DNA of 22,665 nt from a virus, in the IMG/VR virus record IMGVR_UViG_3300029846_000266, positions 1-22,665 of that record; one strand, 5' to 3'. Every line of letters begins with the position of its first letter. Within the stretch, counting starts at the first letter, position 1. The translations under genes were made by a program, and so were the position numbers. The notes below the pieces were generated by a model, which was given only the letters and a program-made list of their open reading frames with translations, searched no databases and was not told the DNA's origin. Shown here piece by piece: positions 1 to 7,849 of the stretch.

Positions 1-918
1 TTAATCTTTCGAGATGTTTTTGAGATATCTTGCGTAGTCCGCCCTGATCTCGGCCTCAGTCGCCTTGGGGTTTATGGCGCGGTAATATTCCAGCACCTCA
101 GCAGATATGGCGGGAACGTCGCCGCCCTTCCCCCGGGATTTTGTGGCCTCCAGATGGGCCTTGCTCTGGGCCGCATTTATGGCGGCCTGTTTCGTCGCCG
201 CAGCCGCCCGCTCCGAGAGCCGCTCCATGTTGGCCAGCCTGTAGGCCTCCACGAGGCTGAGGCGGTTCTGCTTCACGAATCGGTAGAACTCCGCGTAGTT
301 CGGCATCTTCGCGAGGTCCTCGACCGTGTTGATCGCAGGGTCGAGCTCGTGTATCTGCCTCAGCTGCTCGTTCATCGCCGCGGCCGCGGCCTGCCGTTTC
401 GCCTCCCTCGCCTCTTCGAGCTGGGCCTTGATCTCAGGCTGCTCAGCCGCGAGTTTGGCGAACTCCTCCTCGGTCATGCCGGCCTTTTTCAGCAGCTTGG
501 TCCGCCTGTCCTCGTCCAGTTTGGCGCGATAGGCGTCGTAGTCGGCCTTGTTCTTGATGGGCTCCTTGGTGTAGGGGTTCGTGAGACCCAGCGCCGCGAT
601 GCTCTCGTCCAGCTGCTTCGCAGCGCGGGCCCGTATCTCGCGCGCTATCTGCTCGCGGGTCTGTGGATCTATCCCCGCGCCGGCGTTTCCCGCGCCGTTT
701 TCCTCAGGCGTCTGTCCGTCCGGCTCTTCGCCGCCGGGCTCTTCGCCGCCGGGCGGCGCCGTCTCCGGGGCGCCTCCCGCCGCAGGCTGCTGTTCGCTCG
801 GTGCATTTGCCGCGCCGGCATCCGCTTCCTGCTCACGTTCGCCCTGAGGTCCTGCCGGCCCGGGGTCTCCGGTCGGCTCTCCGCTCGTGTCTACGCCGAA
901 TATTTTGTCGTAGTCCAT
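1..918 (-). CDS. Putative head scaffolding protein (305 aa)
   Basis: The ORF is complete (ATG 916-918, TAA 1-3) with SD AAGGA 9 nt upstream. It sits downstream of the portal. It has an N-terminal Gly/Pro/Glu low-complexity region followed by a long Ala/Glu/Lys/Arg-rich helical region, typical of scaffolds. Confidence 0.5.
   Translation of the reverse strand: MDYDKIFGVDTSGEPTGDPGPAGPQGEREQEADAGAANAPSEQQPAAGGAPETAPPGGEEPGGEEPDGQTPEENGAGNAGAGIDPQTREQIAREIRARAAKQLDESIAALGLTNPYTKEPIKNKADYDAYRAKLDEDRRTKLLKKAGMTEEEFAKLAAEQPEIKAQLEEAREAKRQAAAAAMNEQLRQIHELDPAINTVEDLAKMPNYAEFYRFVKQNRLSLVEAYRLANMERLSERAAAATKQAAINAAQSKAHLEATKSRGKGGDVPAISAEVLEYYRAINPKATEAEIRADYARYLKNISKD
721..750 (-). repeat. 15-bp tandem duplication (cggctcttcgccgcc / gggctcttcgccgcc) encoding GGEEPGGEEP
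   Basis: Read directly from the sequence; one mismatch between the two units. Confidence 0.9.
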
Positions 919-931
919 TTTTACCGTCCTT

Positions 932-1120
932 TCACTTTCTGCCGTTGCCGGTGCGGAGATCGTTGCCGCGCTTTACTATCTCCTTGCCGCGCTTGCCGTT
1001 GGGGTCAATGGGCGCCTCGACGCGCTGAGCGCCGTCGTTGCTGATCCGGCCGATGTAGCCGTGGCCGTTGCGACTGCCGTAGTCGCGGCCCCTGTTCCTG
1101 CTGTTATCGGGCATAGCCAT
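932..1120 (-). CDS. Small basic Gly/Arg/Asn-rich phage protein (62 aa, MAMPDNSRNRG...)
   Basis: An internal ATG at 1118-1120 of the listed 133-aa ORF is preceded by a strong SD (AAGGAGGTG). The longer N-terminal extension overlaps the portal 3' end and looks non-coding. Confidence 0.5.
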   Translation of the reverse strand: MAMPDNSRNRGRDYGSRNGHGYIGRISNDGAQRVEAPIDPNGKRGKEIVKRGNDLRTGNGRK

Positions 1121-1181
1121 TTGTGGCACCTCCTTTCGATGTGTTGTGGCGGATGATAACGCTCTCTCCTGCGCATAGGTA

Positions 1182-3302
1182 TCACATAGCGCCACCGCCC
1201 GTCTGTGCGTTGCCGAGCGCAGCCGCCTCCACCTGACCGGCGAGTTCCGCCGCCTGCTGGGCGGCCGCCTGGCGCGCCTGCATCTGTATCTGAACGGCCT
1301 GCAGCTGTTCCTGCCGGCGCTGCTCCTGCTCAAGATAGCCGAGCGTTTCGCCGGCCCCCGGATAGTGCAGGAGATTCATCTTCCGCCAGAAGAGTATCAG
1401 TGTGCTCAGGCTTTGCGGGTTGCCGAAGGCCCCGGTCTGCAGGTTCATCCGCGTCTCCTGCCACATCGCCTCCCGGTTTGAGGCCAGCGGCGCGGAGGTA
1501 TCGCAGGTGAAGAGGAAGGCATCGTTCCAGTACCACTCCCCGCTCGCGTCCTGCTGGAGGAAATCGAAGCGGTCGAAGGTCTTGTACTCGGCATTGCCCC
1601 GCTCGTCCATCGTTCGCACAGCGCGAGGCTCGTCCGCATAGGCCAGCTTGAACTTGAACATGAGCTCGAACAGCGCAGCATACGCCGCGTCGCGCATCAC
1701 CCGTTTGGACTCAAGCCGCCCCGCAGTCTGCGCCGCGGCGAACTCCTTGGCCGTGCCGCTCGTCGCCGTCGTGTCCCGCCGCCCCTGGAACGAATCGGTT
1801 ATGCCAATGATCTGCCGGGCCTCCTCGTATATGTGGTCGAGGTATTCGCGGTCCTGGCTCACATCGCCCTCGAGGTTATATACGCCTATCATGTTCGCGT
1901 CCGCGGGGTTTGCCGGGCGGTAGACGCGCATATCATTCTCGTCTATGCCCACACATGCATCCGCGGGCAGCGTGACAAAGGAGCCGCTCGAGATGAGCTT
2001 GTCGATGATCTTTTTTTCGAGCCTGTTTGTAGTGTTCTGCTGATCCGTGATCTTGTCGATATCGCTGTCGCCGAGGAACTGGCCGTATACGCTCACGTTT
2101 TTCTGGAGCACAACAGGATAGCGGAGGGGCTTGTAATACGGCACACGGAACGGCACGAGCCTCACGGCCGGCACAGGAAGGCCCGTGATTTCGTCGATCT
2201 CGCCGGTGAGATAGACCTCCTCGTGTGCGCCCGGTATGCGATGGCTGAGGCTCGTCGTTATGGGCGACCAAATCTCCTCGAACTCCTCCTCGCTGTACTC
2301 CCAATCCGTCGAGCCGCAGTAGGGGCAGCGCCGCGCCTCGTGCCCGTCCGGCTCTTCCTCCGGCTCTTCCTCGCCCTCGGGCCAGAGCTCGCCGTCTATC
2401 CAGCGCATAGCTCCGCTCCAGCCCTCGTCGTCCGGCGGGAGCCCCGGGCGGCCCGAAACCCCCTCGGCCTGTTCCTCGTCCGGCTCTTCCTCCTCTTCCT
2501 CGAGCGCGTGCTGCTTATCATCGCCGTCGTCGGCCGTGGGCTCGAGCTGGCCGCATACGGCGCAGCGCCGCAGCCGCCTCGCCTGGTAGTCCTCGAGGTC
2601 CTCGAGCTCAACATCCCCGCACCAGCTGTACATGCCTATCCCTCCGGCGTCGTTCCGGTAGTAGGCGATATACTGCGTCACCATGTCCTCGGCCGTGCCG
2701 CCGTCGCCGCCCTTGATATCCGGCTCAGCCTCGCCCTCGAAGGAAACGTCCTTCCCGTACCGCCGGTATATGTATTCCCGGGTCTGCGGCATCTTGAGGA
2801 TGATGTAATCCATGTCCTCGATGCCGCTGTACACGCCGTCCTGCGGCACCATCTGCCGCGGGTGGATGGGCACGACGTTCAGCTCGCCGATCGTGGTGTG
2901 CGTGCGCGCCGTGTTGTCCCACTCAACGAGGTAGGCCCCGCCGCCCTGGATGGGGACTATCCGCTCCATGAGGTCGTTAATCTCAGCAAAGGGCAGGCGG
3001 TCCATCTCATTGCGCAGCATGTCCTCGATTATCTTGGCAAGCGGCTCGTCCTTCTCGTGTACCGCCGTGACCTTCGGCGAGGGGATGTTGCTGTCCACCT
3101 GGGCCTCTATGAGCTCGCTGCATATGTTCCGCACGTGCGGCGTTTTTGCGTTGCTCGGCCGGTATTTGTTCACGAGGGGGAAGATGTACCTGGAGCCCTG
3201 ATACAGCCGCTCGCGCTCATCCATGCGCGCATACCAGTTTTCGTATTGCGAATCGTTCCGGGCAAGCCTGTCCTGCCACAGGTGCAGCCTGTCTCTGTTC
3301 AT
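1182..3302 (-). CDS. Phage portal protein (706 aa) with an internal CxxC...CxxC/acidic insertion
   Basis: SD AAGGAGGAG lies upstream of ATG 3300-3302. Size and position immediately after terL fit a portal, and the N-terminal region resembles SPP1 gp6-type portals as far as I recall them. Confidence 0.75.
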   Translation of the reverse strand: MNRDRLHLWQDRLARNDSQYENWYARMDERERLYQGSRYIFPLVNKYRPSNAKTPHVRNICSELIEAQVDSNIPSPKVTAVHEKDEPLAKIIEDMLRNEMDRLPFAEINDLMERIVPIQGGGAYLVEWDNTARTHTTIGELNVVPIHPRQMVPQDGVYSGIEDMDYIILKMPQTREYIYRRYGKDVSFEGEAEPDIKGGDGGTAEDMVTQYIAYYRNDAGGIGMYSWCGDVELEDLEDYQARRLRRCAVCGQLEPTADDGDDKQHALEEEEEEPDEEQAEGVSGRPGLPPDDEGWSGAMRWIDGELWPEGEEEPEEEPDGHEARRCPYCGSTDWEYSEEEFEEIWSPITTSLSHRIPGAHEEVYLTGEIDEITGLPVPAVRLVPFRVPYYKPLRYPVVLQKNVSVYGQFLGDSDIDKITDQQNTTNRLEKKIIDKLISSGSFVTLPADACVGIDENDMRVYRPANPADANMIGVYNLEGDVSQDREYLDHIYEEARQIIGITDSFQGRRDTTATSGTAKEFAAAQTAGRLESKRVMRDAAYAALFELMFKFKLAYADEPRAVRTMDERGNAEYKTFDRFDFLQQDASGEWYWNDAFLFTCDTSAPLASNREAMWQETRMNLQTGAFGNPQSLSTLILFWRKMNLLHYPGAGETLGYLEQEQRRQEQLQAVQIQMQARQAAAQQAAELAGQVEAAALGNAQTGGGAM
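2349..2372 (-). repeat. 12-bp tandem repeat cggctcttcctc x2, with a third copy at 2481-2492, encoding EEEPEEEP / EEEEEEP
   Basis: Read directly from the sequence inside the portal insertion. Confidence 0.9.
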
Positions 3303-3311
3303 GTCTCCTCC

Positions 3312-4703
3312 TTATCTGCCGGGCGGCCCCCAGCGCTGCTCCAGGAAGCGCTTCCCCGCGGGGGACGCGCGCCGGTAATCCTCCAGCATGTCCCTGGTCC
3401 ATTGCATCCGGGCCGGCGCCTCCTGTATGTGCGCCGCTCGTACCCAATATACGCAGAAGCCGCGTATAGCGTCGGCCGCGTGCGTGAGCTCGTGAGGCTC
3501 CTGCGCCACGTCGTTCACGCGCTTGTCGTCGTACCGCAGTTGCGGGAGCGTGCGGATGAGGTTGGCGCAGCCCGGGAATATCCGCAGCTTTGCCGCCCGC
3601 CGCCCCTGCTCGTCCTCAAACACATGCAGCCGCTCGTGCATCGCCATCCAGCCGTCCAGCCTGTCGTTGCTCGTTTTGGTGAGGGCAATACCGTGCTCAG
3701 CAAATATATCAGCCACGCTCCGCCCGGTCTCCTGCCGCGCAGCCCAGAGGTCCGGCGGCGCGAGGTAGGCCGTGATTTTGTCCTCGCCCACCATGTCAAG
3801 CACGGCCTGGGCCGCCTCGCTCACTATGAGTCCCTTTGCGCCCTCACCAAGGTCCCGTCCCTGATATACCTCGCGTACGGCGTAAGCCATGTCGTGCTCG
3901 TCCACCACGATGAGATATGCCGCCAGCATGTCGAGGCCGTAGTCGATTGTCACGTAGCGCCGCCACCAGGCCGGCGGCTCGAAGGGCGCCACGACATGCA
4001 CGTCCCGGTCCCACTCGCTGAAATACTGGCCTGCGAACACGTCCCAGGAGCCGTTGAGCCAGGCCTCTCGCAGCTCATAGGGCAGGGATTCGAGCATGCG
4101 GATATATTCGGGGTCCCGCTCCATGAGCACGGGATTGTCAGTTACTTTAGCCTGGATGAATTCGTAGTCGTCCGCCCGCTCGTCGCCATGGTATAGGCGG
4201 TCGATAAAAAGCCGCTTCACCCAGGCATGGCCCACGCCGCCCGGGTTGCAGGTGAGGTACATGCGCTTTGGGAATCCGCTCACGCCGCGCAAACATCCCT
4301 TGAAGGTTTGGAACTGGTACTCCGTAAGCTGTGTCGCCTCGTCGATGAAGATGATATCGTACTCCTGCCCCTGATACCTGAGCACATCCCGCTCCGCGGA
4401 GCAGTAGCCGAACCAGATGTTGGAGCCGTTCGGGAATATAAATCGCTTCTGCTTGTCGTTCCAGTGCGCGAGACCCGAGAGCTCCAGCTGCATCGGGAGA
4501 ATGTGATTTTGCAGCAGCTCGGGGTATGTCCGGCGGACGATGAGGATGTTTATGCCGGGATAACGGTGCGCCAGCACGTCGGCCTTCTCGCGCACCGCCC
4601 AGGTCTTACCGCCGCCGCGCGCACCGCCGTAAGCGATGAAGCGCCGGCGGGCCTTGAAAAAGAGTTTCTGCCGCTCATTGAGCTCGAGCACCCTATTCGG
4701 CAT
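3312..4703 (-). CDS. terL: Terminase large subunit (463 aa)
   Basis: Walker A GGARGGGKT is near the N-terminus and a Walker B-like IIFIDEA follows. The ORF has a C-terminal nuclease-sized domain and SD GAGGAGG, and its start overlaps the terS stop by 11 nt. Confidence 0.9.
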   Translation of the reverse strand: MPNRVLELNERQKLFFKARRRFIAYGGARGGGKTWAVREKADVLAHRYPGINILIVRRTYPELLQNHILPMQLELSGLAHWNDKQKRFIFPNGSNIWFGYCSAERDVLRYQGQEYDIIFIDEATQLTEYQFQTFKGCLRGVSGFPKRMYLTCNPGGVGHAWVKRLFIDRLYHGDERADDYEFIQAKVTDNPVLMERDPEYIRMLESLPYELREAWLNGSWDVFAGQYFSEWDRDVHVVAPFEPPAWWRRYVTIDYGLDMLAAYLIVVDEHDMAYAVREVYQGRDLGEGAKGLIVSEAAQAVLDMVGEDKITAYLAPPDLWAARQETGRSVADIFAEHGIALTKTSNDRLDGWMAMHERLHVFEDEQGRRAAKLRIFPGCANLIRTLPQLRYDDKRVNDVAQEPHELTHAADAIRGFCVYWVRAAHIQEAPARMQWTRDMLEDYRRASPAGKRFLEQRWGPPGR

Positions 4704-5202
4704 AGCCGGCGGCCTCCTCGTCAGTCGCCCCGCGGAAGATTATCTGCATCTCGTTTGCACCCGGAGGGAGCACAGCCTCGACCTTGTTCCGCCAGCGCTC
4801 AGGCTCGCGGTTGGTGAGCCAGAAAATTTGCGCCTTCACGTTGGGCTGGATGTAGACCTCCTCGTCGGCGTAAACGATTTTCTCCTTCTCCACACGCCGA
4901 CCGCGTGCGTCGAAGCTCGTGCTTTTGAGCTTCATCGGCTTTTTGAGCACCCGAACGCCTCCGAGCGCGGTTTCGAGCAGGCTCCGCTCGACCCGTTCAT
5001 TGACCGCGCGCGCATCCGCGCCCGTGCGTGCGCGCGTCACCGCCTCCGACATCTCCGAATGCTTCTTGAGCCAGTCGTAGTACGTCGAGGGGCTGATGCC
5101 CATCTCCTTAGCCATTTCGGAGTCAGTCAGCCGCGGTGCCATCTCGGCGAGCCGCTCAAGCCCCTGTTCTGTCAGCCATTCCGCATATTTGGCCCGCGCC
5201 AC
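4693..5202 (-). CDS. terS: Terminase small subunit (about 169 aa; HTH-containing)
   Basis: The ORF lies immediately upstream of and overlapping terL, with HTH-like LTDSEMAKEMGISPSTYYDWLKK. I prefer the GTG at 5200-5202, which is 8 nt after GGGAGG. The listed start at 5211 lies inside the SD itself. Confidence 0.65.
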   Translation of the reverse strand: MARAKYAEWLTEQGLERLAEMAPRLTDSEMAKEMGISPSTYYDWLKKHSEMSEAVTRARTGADARAVNERVERSLLETALGGVRVLKKPMKLKSTSFDARGRRVEKEKIVYADEEVYIQPNVKAQIFWLTNREPERWRNKVEAVLPPGANEMQIIFRGATDEEAAGYAE

Positions 5203-5293
5203 GACCAACACCTCCCTGCGCGCGTACTATCTCTCAATCTGCAATCTATCAGCCTTACCCCCTCTGTTACCGTCAACTTTCACTTTCAGGCAT

Positions 5294-5329
5294 AAAAAAA
5301 GAGCCCTCCCCAGCAGGGGGGAACGCTCT
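5294..5329 (-). terminator. Intrinsic terminator between the 89-aa gene and terS
   Basis: On the minus strand there is a GC-rich hairpin (GAGCGTTCCCC-loop-GGGGAGGGCTC) followed by TTTTTTT. It overlaps the stop codon of the 89-aa ORF. Confidence 0.7.
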
Positions 5330-5597
5330 ACCACAACTCGAAAAATCGTCGTCTCACTCTATCCAGCGTCGAGGGCGAAACGAAATATTCCGTCGTCACC
5401 GCCTCCCAGCTCGCAGGCGTGCAGAGATAGGCCCGGAGCGCGTCAGCATACTCGCCCCCGGCCTCGCGGCACAGTCTGTCTATTTTACTTTGCACCTCCG
5501 CAGTCTGCCGCGCATAGTTCTGGCACGCAAAAAATATCATGCCCTGCTCGGCATAGCCCTTATGTACTGAGGGGAGATACTTGAATTTCCTCGCCAT
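5328..5597 (-). CDS. Hypothetical 89-aa protein; possible late-gene regulator
   Basis: SD GGAGG lies 5-6 nt upstream of the ATG and overlaps the end of the upstream gene. The C-terminus (FVSPSTLDRVRRRFFELW) looks HTH/sigma-region-4-like. The gene sits just before a terminator and terS. Confidence 0.5.
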   Translation of the reverse strand: MARKFKYLPSVHKGYAEQGMIFFACQNYARQTAEVQSKIDRLCREAGGEYADALRAYLCTPASWEAVTTEYFVSPSTLDRVRRRFFELW

Positions 5598-5606
5598 CCC
5601 GCCCTC

Positions 5607-6392
5607 CTAACTGCGCATCGGTGCGAAGGGCAGCGCATAGCGGATATACTGCCCCGCTCGTTTGCCCGAGTAGGCCGTACGGTACAGCAGCTCGCAGCCC
5701 TTTGGCACGCGCAGCTCCGCCCCGCTCCATACGACGCGGCACTTCGGCTGAGGCCTCACAAGGTTGCGGGAGGGCTTGTACTTCTTCTCGTCGGGCAGGC
5801 GGCGAACCTGGTTCAGCAGATACTCCGCCAGCGGCGTGTAATCCTTTTGCGCGCTGAGCGCTTTGGCGTAGGCGCCCCCGTGCGGCCAGGCTTCCAGGCA
5901 GGCCTGCCACGCGGCCCGGTTGGCTATGATGTGGTGATGTATGCGGACTGCCTCGCCCGTCTCCCCGTCCATATCGGAGGTCACGGCTATGTATTTGAGC
6001 TCCGCTCCCGGAGGAAGACGGCGCTTGACCCGGCGGATGTAGTTGTCCAGCTCGCGGTTAGCCTCCTTGCGGAGATAGTCTTCGAGTATGCCCGGCTCCT
6101 GCCCGGCGGCCCGGTCTGCCTCCTGCCTGGCTTCCGCCCTGCGAAGGAGCTCGGAGTATTTCTTCGGCCCATAGTCCAGCCCGAGGAACAGATCCCCGGC
6201 TGAGAAGTTCGCGTGTATCTCCCGATTGAGTCTGCGCGCCGCGTCGTTCTCGTTCTGCCGCTGCTTCCGCTCCGAACTGCGCCCGAGCTTCCGCCCCCTG
6301 GCCGGAGGCTCACCGGGGACCCAGTATTTCGTTTTCTCCCCGAGAGCCCCGCACTCATATGTGCGGATCTCCCAGTACCCGGTCGAGCCCAT
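5607..6392 (-). CDS. Putative HUH-superfamily (rolling-circle Rep-like) endonuclease (261 aa)
   Basis: The motifs appear in Rep order: RRLNREIHANFSAGDLFLGLDY (motif 1, like the xN..D.FxTLTY consensus), VRIHHHIIAN (HUH) and GAYAKALSAQKDY (Tyr/Lys motif 3). This was matched by eye only. Confidence 0.4.
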   Translation of the reverse strand: MGSTGYWEIRTYECGALGEKTKYWVPGEPPARGRKLGRSSERKQRQNENDAARRLNREIHANFSAGDLFLGLDYGPKKYSELLRRAEARQEADRAAGQEPGILEDYLRKEANRELDNYIRRVKRRLPPGAELKYIAVTSDMDGETGEAVRIHHHIIANRAAWQACLEAWPHGGAYAKALSAQKDYTPLAEYLLNQVRRLPDEKKYKPSRNLVRPQPKCRVVWSGAELRVPKGCELLYRTAYSGKRAGQYIRYALPFAPMRS

Positions 6393-6482
6393 ATATTTCC
6401 CCCGCGTCCGTAAACTTAGGCCTTTACGAACCTTTGATAACGCGCGTGCGCGCGCGTATTAAAATAAAGTATATGCTCTCAC

Positions 6483-6505
6483 AAAAGGGCCCGCCGCGCG
6501 GGCCC
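6483..6505 (-). terminator. Intrinsic terminator ending the early operon
   Basis: On the minus strand, GGGCCCG-CGCGG-CGGGCCC is followed by TTTTGTG, 5 nt after the stop of the 98-aa ORF. Confidence 0.7.
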
Positions 6506-6510
6506 TGTGG

Positions 6511-6807
6511 TCAGAACACATCCTTGTCCTCGCCGCTCTCGTCCGGCGCATCATATCCGTGATCACGCATGAGGCGATCAAAGTTTGCATCCACGATGCC
6601 GTACAGGCCATCGCTCATTATGTGCAGCGCCGCCAGCAGCTTGTCCTGTACGCCGCTTTTGTAGTAGCCTGTCAGTACTTCGCCTCCGCCAATGTCTGCT
6701 GCAAGCGCCAGCCACCCAAACCGCTCAATGTCCAGCCCTTCAAGCGAGCGCGTGATAAACTCCGCCAGCTCGCGCTCGTTCTCGTCAGTGTAGATTACTG
6801 ATATCAT
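6511..6807 (-). CDS. Hypothetical phage protein (98 aa)
   Basis: The ORF has a GAGG SD, coding-like composition and is packed in the operon. Confidence 0.5.
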   Translation of the reverse strand: MISVIYTDENERELAEFITRSLEGLDIERFGWLALAADIGGGEVLTGYYKSGVQDKLLAALHIMSDGLYGIVDANFDRLMRDHGYDAPDESGEDKDVF

Positions 6808-6973
6808 TTACCGCCTCTGGTTCTCTATCTATGATGCAGTTATCCTCGAGGGTCTCCGGCCCGCTGCATACCCCGGCCAACGCGCACTTGCCGCAGCCGT
6901 CATATCCCTCCCGAGCCTTCATGCAGTTCCGGACAATAGTCGCATAGTCGTACTTGTTCAATGTGATTTTCAT
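6785..6973 (-). CDS. Small Cys-rich hypothetical protein (62 aa from MKITLNKYDY)
   Basis: ATG 6971-6973 lies 5 nt after AAGGTGA. The protein has five Cys, including CGKC. Confidence 0.45.
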   Translation of the reverse strand: MKITLNKYDYATIVRNCMKAREGYDGCGKCALAGVCSGPETLEDNCIIDREPEAVNDISNLH

Positions 6974-6978
6974 AGCAT

Positions 6979-7491
6979 TCACCTTTCATACAATGGATTT
7001 AAAGGCCCCGCGCCAGGAGGCCCCTCTGTTCCTGGGTCGCCTGTAGGGTCAGCATGTACGTTGTCAGGACTGGCCGTCACTACAGCCACATTCAGCCTTG
7101 CCTGCCAGATAACGGCGTCTCGCGTCTCCTGTTTGCTGTATGTGATTTGCTCATCTATCGCCCGCATCAGCGACTCCCTGAGGCCCGTTTTGAAATACTC
7201 GTCCGGCGCAAACTCAAGGAGCAAAGCATCCTCGAGTTTGCGCGCCCGCGCTTCCGCTACATAAGGTCTGATCGTATAGCCGGGCAAAGGCGGCCGGGCC
7301 TCGAGGGCTTTGAGATATTTTTCATAGAGGTTTTTATGATCTCTTTTAAGGATGAGCCGCTCTTGCAGTTCATCATTGTATGCCAGGCGAAGACCCTCCA
7401 GATCTGAGTTCGGCACATATCCAAGGCGCTTAAAGGCCGTCTGCGCCCGCCGGGCCGCCGCCGCCTTGAGCTTTTTCAGCAGTTTCTTCAT
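6979..7491 (-). CDS. Hypothetical phage protein (170 aa from MKKLLKKLK); C-terminal PTGDPGTEGPPGAG collagen-like tail
   Basis: An internal ATG at 7489-7491 has a purine-rich SD. The upstream extension of the listed ORF is Arg/Cys-rich and overlaps the coding part of the neighbouring gene. Confidence 0.5.
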   Translation of the reverse strand: MKKLLKKLKAAAARRAQTAFKRLGYVPNSDLEGLRLAYNDELQERLILKRDHKNLYEKYLKALEARPPLPGYTIRPYVAEARARKLEDALLLEFAPDEYFKTGLRESLMRAIDEQITYSKQETRDAVIWQARLNVAVVTASPDNVHADPTGDPGTEGPPGAGPLNPLYER

Positions 7492-7819
7492 GCCGTCCTC
7501 TCTCCCTATCCAGTTTCTCGCGGATGGCGTCTCGGACGAAATCGGGGCTGACAATGTATGCCTCACGCACCCCACGCCTTTGCATCTCGTCATATATCGC
7601 GTTGACAAGGCTCTCTTCTTTGATATCGGCCATCAGCAGCCCGAACTCTCCAACGTCCACCAGGCAGCCGTCAGCCGGTCCCTGCAAGATCGCCCCGCTC
7701 ATTTTGATGCACGCCATAGGTATAGGCTCATCCTGAGGCTCAAAGCATTCCTCATTGAATAAACATGGCTGCTGACTTTTTGTGCAGCGGTCCATCACTC
7801 TAAATTTGCAGAACGCCAT
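7430..7819 (-). CDS. Hypothetical protein with an N-terminal four-Cys cluster (about 129 aa)
   Basis: The ORF spans 7430-7828. The ATG at 7817-7819 lies 8 nt after GGAGAG. The start is ambiguous between 7819, 7825 and 7828. Confidence 0.45.
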   Translation of the reverse strand: MAFCKFRVMDRCTKSQQPCLFNEECFEPQDEPIPMACIKMSGAILQGPADGCLVDVGEFGLLMADIKEESLVNAIYDEMQRRGVREAYIVSPDFVRDAIREKLDRERGRHEETAEKAQGGGGPAGADGL

Positions 7820-7849
7820 TCTCATCACTCTCCAAGCCTTTACACAAGT

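Noticed and set aside
154-1044. A 296-aa plus-strand ORF, plus nested ORFs at 326-532, 581-847 and 663-1028, opposite the scaffold gene.
   Set aside because: These are antisense shadow frames of a GC-rich gene. They have Arg/Leu/Cys-rich composition and no ribosome-binding sites.
932-1333. The full 133-aa version of the ORF downstream of the portal.
   Set aside because: The first 71 codons are Arg/Ser/Cys-rich and overlap the portal 3' end. A strong SD precedes the internal ATG at 1120, so only the 62-aa version is reported.
1833-4196. A very long (787-aa) plus-strand ORF spanning the portal and terL region.
   Set aside because: It is antisense to two genes with clear motifs (Walker A/B in terL) and strong SDs. 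Its translation is Arg/Leu/Val/Pro-rich low complexity, typical of the stop-poor antisense frame in high-GC DNA. It has no SD.
5560-6358. Overlapping minus- and plus-strand ORFs (5560-5910, 5987-6358, 5847-6203) within the HUH-like gene.
   Set aside because: These are alternative frames of the same GC-rich gene, with Arg/Gly/Ser-rich translations and no independent SDs.
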